DNA of 64,000 bases, from NCBI GenBank assembly GCA_041577295.1, contig JBFGJG010000001.1:192001-256000 (forward strand), given 5' to 3'. This DNA is from Gemmatimonadales bacterium (lineage in GTDB: Bacteria; Gemmatimonadota; Gemmatimonadetes; Gemmatimonadales; GWC2-71-9). The translations under genes and the position numbers were made by a program. Numbering within the stretch: position 1 is the stretch's first letter; each line of letters begins with the position of its first letter. The notes beneath the pieces were generated by a model, which did no database searches, was not told the origin of the DNA, and saw only the letters and a program-made list of their open reading frames with translations. Shown here in pieces: positions 58,522 to 64,000 of the stretch.

Positions 58522-59360
58522 GAGACGCCGCGACGCCACCGAGCGCCTTCTTCCAGGAGACCGGTTATTGCGTGGGAATCCCCGCGCGTCAGCGCCTCGC
58601 GGAGCTCATTGATCACGGGGTGAAAGCCCTCGAGGCTGGCCATGAGGACCTCTCGATTCATGAGCAGGATGTCGGCCCACATCTCGACGCTGCCCGCCGC
58701 GATGCGGGTCGTATCGAGGGCACCTCTTCCCAGTCGAGCGCCCTCGGGAGCATGGCGTGCGAGGGCGACGGCGAGCGCGGAGGACACGACCTGTGGCAAG
58801 TGACTCGTCCAAGCAACCATCTCGTCGTGCCGTCCCGCTTGAATCTGGACGGGAAGAGCGCCAAAGACTCGGGACCAGAAATCGGAGACCTCATTGATCG
58901 CGGTGCTCGCTTCATCTACTGGCGAAACGTAAACCACGGCTTGCTCGAACCGGTCGGGTCGTGCGCCACGGAAGCCTCTATCATGGGTGCCCGCAAGCGG
59001 GTGAGATCCGGCGAACGTCGCGCCGAGACCAAGTTGCGCAGCCAACGCGATCACCGGCCCTTTGACACTCGCCACATCTGTGCTCAGGAGCCCCCGTTGG
59101 CGGATCAACGCGGCGTGTTCCCGTAACAACTCGAGCGTGGCGCCTGGTGGCGCGGCAAGCACGAGAAAATCCGCGCCGAGCACCACTCGGCGAGCGTCGG
59201 TTGCGACCTCAGTCACCGCACCGTGGCGAGCTGCGCCCACCGCATCGCGGCGATCGGGTGAATACCCGAGGATCCTGCTTACGCCGGACCGCGCCGCACC
59301 CCATGCGACCGAGCCCCCGATGGCCCCGAGACCGATTACCCCGAGCCGATCCGGGACCAC
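58518..59360 (-). CDS. tyrA: Prephenate/arogenate dehydrogenase
   Basis: GLGAIGGS, TDVASVK, GSHPLAG, HD..VAWTSHLPQ and DTTRIA. Confidence 0.93.
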   Translation of the reverse strand: MVPDRLGVIGLGAIGGSVAWGAARSGVSRILGYSPDRRDAVGAARHGAVTEVATDARRVVLGADFLVLAAPPGATLELLREHAALIRQRGLLSTDVASVKGPVIALAAQLGLGATFAGSHPLAGTHDRGFRGARPDRFEQAVVYVSPVDEASTAINEVSDFWSRVFGALPVQIQAGRHDEMVAWTSHLPQVVSSALAVALARHAPEGARLGRGALDTTRIAAGSVEMWADILLMNREVLMASLEGFHPVINELREALTRGDSHAITGLLEEGARWRRGVS

Positions 59361-59411
59361 CGTTGCTCCATATTTACGCGCTCGCTGGGTGTATCGGTAA
59401 CACCGATGCGG

Positions 59412-59900
59412 TCACCACAGCGGCACGCGGGGCCACCGCTCCACGAGCCAGCGATCGACTCCGAAATGACGGCCGGCGCTCCCAAGCAAGAGTACCAAAC
59501 CAATGAAGAAAAACGCCGCATCGTTGCTCGACGGCATCCAGAACCACGCACCTTTCATCATCATGTAGTTGAGCACGAGAAACATCGCGAGCCCTGCACC
59601 AAGGCGCGTCGCCGCCCCAAAGATGAGTGACAATGCGACCGTCAGCTCTCCCAGAATGACCAACCCTCCAAACAACCCAGTGCGCGGGAGCACGACGGAG
59701 TGGAGAAGGCGGGCGTACCACCCGTGTGAGCTTTCGGACATCCGCTCCAGAATCATCGGCAGGCGGTCGCCAAACCCGGTATCGCCGCCGAGCTTCGACA
59801 CAGCGGCGATGAGGAAAATGATGCCGAGGTACACGCGGAGGATGACCAGCAGTGTGCGGGGAACGGTCGAGGTTGGGGGTGTGGATTCAGAGACCGTCAC
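59412..59900 (-). CDS. DoxX / TQO small-subunit-like membrane protein
   Basis: LRVYLGIIFL..AVSK, GELTVALSLIFG..TRLGA and AGRHFGVD; four TM helices. GTGA overlap. Confidence 0.8.
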   Translation of the reverse strand: MTVSESTPPTSTVPRTLLVILRVYLGIIFLIAAVSKLGGDTGFGDRLPMILERMSESSHGWYARLLHSVVLPRTGLFGGLVILGELTVALSLIFGAATRLGAGLAMFLVLNYMMMKGAWFWMPSSNDAAFFFIGLVLLLGSAGRHFGVDRWLVERWPRVPLW

Positions 59901-61177
59901 CGGAGCCCAGCCTCCGCCAGGAGGACCAACAAGGCTCGCTTGATCCCAATCGTCGATTCTTGGTCGTACCACCATTCGTCCAACGCGTGGGCATTGCCCC
60001 CGCGGCCGCCACCACCAAGGGTGATAGCTGGAATGCCGCGCGCGATCGGGATGTTGGAGTCGGTGGAACTCCGTCGAGAGCTTGGCGTCGCACCGACCAA
60101 GCGGCTGGCTGCAAACGCTCGTTGGACCAGGGGGGTATTCACGTCGATCTCACCGGATGGCCGGTTCCCTATCATCTCGACCGTCACCGTAAGCGAATCG
60201 CCGCGGCGGCGTACGGCATTCTCTTCGGCGACGCCACGACGAACCGCGGCCTGAAAGAGCGAGTCGATCTGGTTCAAACGCTCGGTGCTCTCGGAGCGCA
60301 TGTCCAACTCAAGCCACGATTCGAACGGTACGGCATTGACGGACGTGCCGCCGCCGATCCGGCCCACATTGTAGCTGGTGCGCGTCCCCACGCGAGTAAA
60401 CCAATCTGCCGCATCGGCAAAATGAGCAATCGCGCGACCAAGGGCATGATGAGGATTGGCCAAGCCAAAAGCACCCCAAGAATGCCCGCCCGGACCCGAC
60501 ACCGTGACGCGATACCGGTGGGATCCGAGGCCCTTATGCGTCACCCCCTCGATAGAGATCCCATCAATGGAAATGAACGCGTCGATCCTGGGGCCGTGCT
60601 CACCGAACAGGTGTTTCATCCCTCGCAGGTCACCCAACCCCTCTTCCCCCACCGTGCCGATGAACAACAGATCGGCTTCGGTACGGATGTTCGCTGCATT
60701 CACTGCCCGCAGCAACGTCAGCACCACGGTAATCCCCCACGTGTCGTCACCAATCCCTGGGGCAAACAGCGTATCGCCGCGTTCTTGAACCGTGACGTCC
60801 GTTCCCTCGGGAAAGACCGTGTCTAGGTGTCCGGCGATGGCCACCGTCCGTTGCCGTACGCGTCCGCGTCGGAGTGCGATCACGTTTCCTACGTCATCGG
60901 TCCAGACAGAGTCGGCCCCCGCCTCACGCAGCATTCGAGCATACGCGCGCCCACGCGCCTCTTCACCAAAAGGGGGAGCGGGAATCTCCGTGAGGCGGAT
61001 GAGATCGCTGCGAGTTTGCGCTCGCCCCGCCTCGATCGTCGCGATCGCTGCCGTGACATCCCGCCGCACCAAAAGTTGCGCAAGCTCCGAGTCGTATCGC
61101 GACTGCTGCGCGCGAGAGACTCCGGGAAACGTCAGACTCACGAGAACAGTGCCAACGAGCGGTGGAAGAATACGCAT
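59897..61177 (-). CDS. Secreted M20/M25/M40 metallopeptidase (peptidase T-like)
   Basis: Signal peptide; AGHLDTVF, GIGDD, VGEEGLGD, GGHSW, STDSN and NAHALDEW. Confidence 0.88.
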   Translation of the reverse strand: MRILPPLVGTVLVSLTFPGVSRAQQSRYDSELAQLLVRRDVTAAIATIEAGRAQTRSDLIRLTEIPAPPFGEEARGRAYARMLREAGADSVWTDDVGNVIALRRGRVRQRTVAIAGHLDTVFPEGTDVTVQERGDTLFAPGIGDDTWGITVVLTLLRAVNAANIRTEADLLFIGTVGEEGLGDLRGMKHLFGEHGPRIDAFISIDGISIEGVTHKGLGSHRYRVTVSGPGGHSWGAFGLANPHHALGRAIAHFADAADWFTRVGTRTSYNVGRIGGGTSVNAVPFESWLELDMRSESTERLNQIDSLFQAAVRRGVAEENAVRRRGDSLTVTVEMIGNRPSGEIDVNTPLVQRAFAASRLVGATPSSRRSSTDSNIPIARGIPAITLGGGGRGGNAHALDEWWYDQESTIGIKRALLVLLAEAGLR

Positions 61178-61266
61178 ACCATTCCTTTTCTAGAGGCGTC
61201 GAATTCGGCTCTGTCGTGGTTTATCCGCAGGCGACATTTCGCTGGTACAGGCCAACGCAGCCATCG

Positions 61267-61776
61267 CTACGTGCTACGAACTCCTCGGGCGACGGAATCG
61301 ACCCTCCCACCCAGTACCCCCGCGCCGATGGCATACACGAAGTCCGTGTTGCGCGGGGTTGCACCGGCCTCCCGGAGCTCCGCAGCAATCTGGCCCCGGT
61401 GATGAGCTGAGTGAACGACTACGTGCATGAGGATGTCCTCGACCGCGTTGGTCCACGACTCATTCTGCGGGCTCGCGTAGGTCACCCGTGCGCGCAACCC
61501 ATCGGGCGTGCGCGTTCGGAGAAACGCCTCCCACTTCTGCGAGATATCCGCCAACTCCATCGCACAGGTCGCAAGATCGAGGTCTGGCCACACTGGGAGA
61601 TGCGGTGCTTCCCCGCGCACGCGCGAGAACCACAAGCACTGAGCGCCGATGACATGGGCCATGAGGCGAACGGCCTTTAGAGGCGGTTCAGTAAGCTCCT
61701 GTAAGCTTGTTAGGCTCTCGGCGTTCGCCCACCGGTCGAAGGCCATGAGCCGCCGATAGTAGCGGAGCGGGTCCAT
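61267..61776 (-). CDS. DinB/YfiT-family protein
   Basis: FDRWAN, LMAHVIGAQ..W and HVVVHSAHHRGQIA (His triad). ATG at 61776. Confidence 0.88.
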   Translation of the reverse strand: MDPLRYYRRLMAFDRWANAESLTSLQELTEPPLKAVRLMAHVIGAQCLWFSRVRGEAPHLPVWPDLDLATCAMELADISQKWEAFLRTRTPDGLRARVTYASPQNESWTNAVEDILMHVVVHSAHHRGQIAAELREAGATPRNTDFVYAIGAGVLGGRVDSVARGVRST

Positions 61777-61831
61777 GAGGTCGAGTCTCCTGGATCGATC
61801 GGGGTACGGCCGACCACCCACCTACGTTTGG

Positions 61832-62590
61832 TTACCAACGCCAGCAGTGCAGCTCATCGACGAGGACCGACGTCGCCGTGGCACCGACATAACCGTCAGC
61901 CGGGTTGATGCCATGGATCACCCAGCCCTTGGTGTCGACCCCTGCGGTCGGCATGGGCCCCGAGAAGCGTGGAACATCGGAAAGCCCGGGAGACGCGTCA
62001 ACCTCTTCGAGTGGAACGGACACTCCACAACCCCACGCTTTGATGAGCGCTTCTTTCCTCGTCCAGCACTCAAAGAATACCCGATCGCGCTCAACTTCGT
62101 CGGCTCCCGCAATGGCCTCCCGCTCGATCGGTGTGAAGTATCGCGCTACCAGCCCTTCCATATCCGTGACGGTTCGGACCTGCTCCACGTCCACCCCGAG
62201 CTCTCCCACGCGGGTGACTCCGTACAGCGCCAGATCGGCGGAGTGAGTCATGTTGAAGAACAAACGCGGCTCTTCGTTTTGTGAGAGCTGAAGGCGTGGC
62301 TTCCCGAAGTCGTTTTCGACAAACGTCAGCTTGTCGGGGGCGCTGGGATGCAGATAGACCGCCAAAAGCTCTCGCAACTGACCGCGGGCGCATATGAACC
62401 GATTCCGATCTCGTTCGAACCGGAACCGTGCCGCTCGGGACTTTTCGTCGGGATGGAGAAACTTCGCAACGCGCTGACGGGCGCCGTCGGCGAGATCGAG
62501 CCTCGCACACCAGATATGAATATCACGGGGTCCGAGCTGTTCCGCAGCTCGGTCGATCGCGAATGGTGCTGCGGACCAATGTCGCGTCAG
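61832..62590 (-). CDS. Sfp-type 4'-phosphopantetheinyl transferase, probable CTG start
   Basis: FGKP, FNMTHS, LGVDVE and FFECWTRKEALIKA. The frame stays open upstream of TTG 62377 with conserved IHIW...LHPDEKSRAARFRFERDRNRFICARG. CTG at 62590 has GAGG 8 nt upstream. Confidence 0.9.
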   Translation of the reverse strand: MTRHWSAAPFAIDRAAEQLGPRDIHIWCARLDLADGARQRVAKFLHPDEKSRAARFRFERDRNRFICARGQLRELLAVYLHPSAPDKLTFVENDFGKPRLQLSQNEEPRLFFNMTHSADLALYGVTRVGELGVDVEQVRTVTDMEGLVARYFTPIEREAIAGADEVERDRVFFECWTRKEALIKAWGCGVSVPLEEVDASPGLSDVPRFSGPMPTAGVDTKGWVIHGINPADGYVGATATSVLVDELHCWRW

Positions 62591-62602
62591 TTGGGTGACC
62601 TC

Positions 62603-63502
62603 TCAGGAAACGCTTTGCTGTGCCGCCACTTGCCAGACGTCCTTCGCCCAGCTCCGCACGACCGCGATAAGTCGCTGCTGGTGTGAGAGGAGGGTAAACG
62701 TGTGGTCCGCCCCATCGAGACAGCTCACGCGCACCACGCCAGCTGAATCGGTCCGCGGGTAAGCGTCGGCCGCGTCCGCCTGTGCGCGGTACATCTTGCT
62801 GAGCCGAGCCGTATAAATGAATAAGAGGTGCACCCCTCGGCTCCGCAACTCCTCGGTGCGCTCCACGGCGAGAGCCTTTGGGGGAAGATCGATCACAAAA
62901 CGCTCGACGTCGCCGCTCCCCGCATTACCTGGACTGCCGAGGACTCGCAGAATGGCATTGCCGGCGAGCTTCCACACGGGATGTCGTCCGGTGACCAACC
63001 GCCACCATAGGTCGGGCGTCAAGACGCGCCGGAGCGCCTGTGCCCGCCGCTTCGACTGCTGGGTGCGCTCGAATTCCGCGCTGGCATATGCGTAGCCGTC
63101 GATCATGGCGGCGCCCGCGACACGTGGGTCCGCGCAGGCTACGCGGAACGCGTGGTCGGCACCCGAGCACAGGCCGAGAATCACGAAGCGGTCGATACCA
63201 CGTAGAGCGGCAACGTGATCCATGGCCTCCACCGTCTCGCCCACCCTGCTTCGGTGATAGGGCAAGCCATCCTCACGGGGTGCGCTGTCTCCCAAGCCAG
63301 AGAGGTCGAACCGGAGCACGACGAAGCCAGCCTGCGCGAGCCGCCGGGCCAGCCGGACGTGCAACCGGTTGGGACCCACGCGATGTACGATTCCCGCATT
63401 GACGATGATAACGGCGGGACGGTCTGCGGCCTCGGCCGTCGGCTCGGAAAGGATACCAACGAGCCGTTGTCCATCACCAAAGCGGGCGATCTTCTCCCTC
63501 AT
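62603..63502 (-). CDS. Alpha/beta hydrolase-fold protein with Cys at the nucleophile elbow (GLCSG)
   Basis: NAGIVHRVGPNR, LRFDLSGLGDS, GLCSGA and GADHTF. ATG at 63502 overlaps the upstream stop. Confidence 0.85.
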   Translation of the reverse strand: MREKIARFGDGQRLVGILSEPTAEAADRPAVIIVNAGIVHRVGPNRLHVRLARRLAQAGFVVLRFDLSGLGDSAPREDGLPYHRSRVGETVEAMDHVAALRGIDRFVILGLCSGADHAFRVACADPRVAGAAMIDGYAYASAEFERTQQSKRRAQALRRVLTPDLWWRLVTGRHPVWKLAGNAILRVLGSPGNAGSGDVERFVIDLPPKALAVERTEELRSRGVHLLFIYTARLSKMYRAQADAADAYPRTDSAGVVRVSCLDGADHTFTLLSHQQRLIAVVRSWAKDVWQVAAQQSVS

Positions 63503-64000
63503 CGGTAGCGCTCGCTGACCCACGAGACGATCTGCTCGAGCACCTTTGAGGGTACGAGCTCGTTCGACCACAGCGCCCGCTCTTCCCAGATCGGCTGCGC
63601 GGTGAGCCGAGCCCTCTGAATACCCACTCGGGCGCTACGCCACCGTGACTCCAACAGATCGTAGTCGGGACACTCTCGCGTGGTCACGAGGAAGACAGCT
63701 TGCGTCGCCGGGACCGGAACGGTGGACAGGTCGAGCCCCACAAGCTCGCCGCGCAGCGTTTCGCCCATCGAGAAGCCAAACAATCCGTCTTCCTCCGAGG
63801 GTTCTCCGTTGTGCTGCCGCAGTACGTTCACGACCAGGTCCCGGTGCCGCTCATAAAGCTCGTCCACATACGCTTGGCCGGTCACGACGGGATCCCACAA
63901 CGCCAAACCTGTCACGTCGTTGCGATCCTTCGCCGCGAGCGCGGCGAGGGTACCACCTAACCGCAGACCAATCAGGCAGCTTTGCTGCACACTAGTCGTG
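63499..64000 (-). CDS. Alpha/beta hydrolase-fold protein (GLRLG type), 5'-truncated by window edge
   Basis: IGLRLGGTLA...LALWDPVVTG..Y, resembling exosortase-associated 'hydrolase 2' proteins. Confidence 0.75.
   Translation of the reverse strand, partial: TTSVQQSCLIGLRLGGTLAALAAKDRNDVTGLALWDPVVTGQAYVDELYERHRDLVVNVLRQHNGEPSEEDGLFGFSMGETLRGELVGLDLSTVPVPATQAVFLVTTRECPDYDLLESRWRSARVGIQRARLTAQPIWEERALWSNELVPSKVLEQIVSWVSERYR

Noticed and set aside
62326..62605. Frameshifted (pseudogene) PPTase, or selenocysteine read-through of the hydrolase UGA
   Set aside because: Manual translation shows no frameshift. The UGA falls in a non-catalytic linker position and no convincing SECIS hairpin was seen immediately downstream.

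Overview
GC-rich bacterial chromosomal segment made almost entirely of core genes. Gene content and order suggest Gemmatimonadota, which is inference only. The left edge holds the 3' end of lexA, overlapping a convergent stand-alone trpD. From 1.3 to 17.8 kb is one tightly coupled + strand run: truA-tal-htrA-purB-purC-psd-pssA-purS-purQ-lipoprotein-Zn-ribbon protein-purL-purF-ppdK-nitrilase-family hydrolase-GNAT. A carboxypeptidase-regulatory/TonB-plug protein then converges on the tmRNA gene (tag ANTELALAA). From 19 kb onward nearly all genes are on the - strand: dusB-larB-GGDEF, accD-folC-hisS-proS-lysA-guaA, mreBCD-mrdA-rodA, ald, rpsO-pnp-M16, rplM-rpsI-rpsB-tsf-pyrH-frr-cdsA-dxr-rseP, tyrA-aroA-cmk-rpsA, and pccB-accC-rlmD-accB. 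The right edge has two atypical alpha/beta hydrolases, an Sfp-type PPTase, DinB, an M20 peptidase and DoxX, probably the tail of a carrier-protein biosynthetic locus lying outside the window. No transposase, integrase, prophage, CRISPR, rRNA or tRNA was seen. The main oddities are two probable CTG starts (folC, PPTase), a PNPase that appears to have lost its stop codon, an orphan larB between dusB and a diguanylate cyclase, a split nitrilase/GNAT pair, uppS missing from its usual cluster, an S2-leader-like RNA, and dif-like and DnaA-box-like motifs near the strand switch. No clearly new system can be proven from sequence alone.
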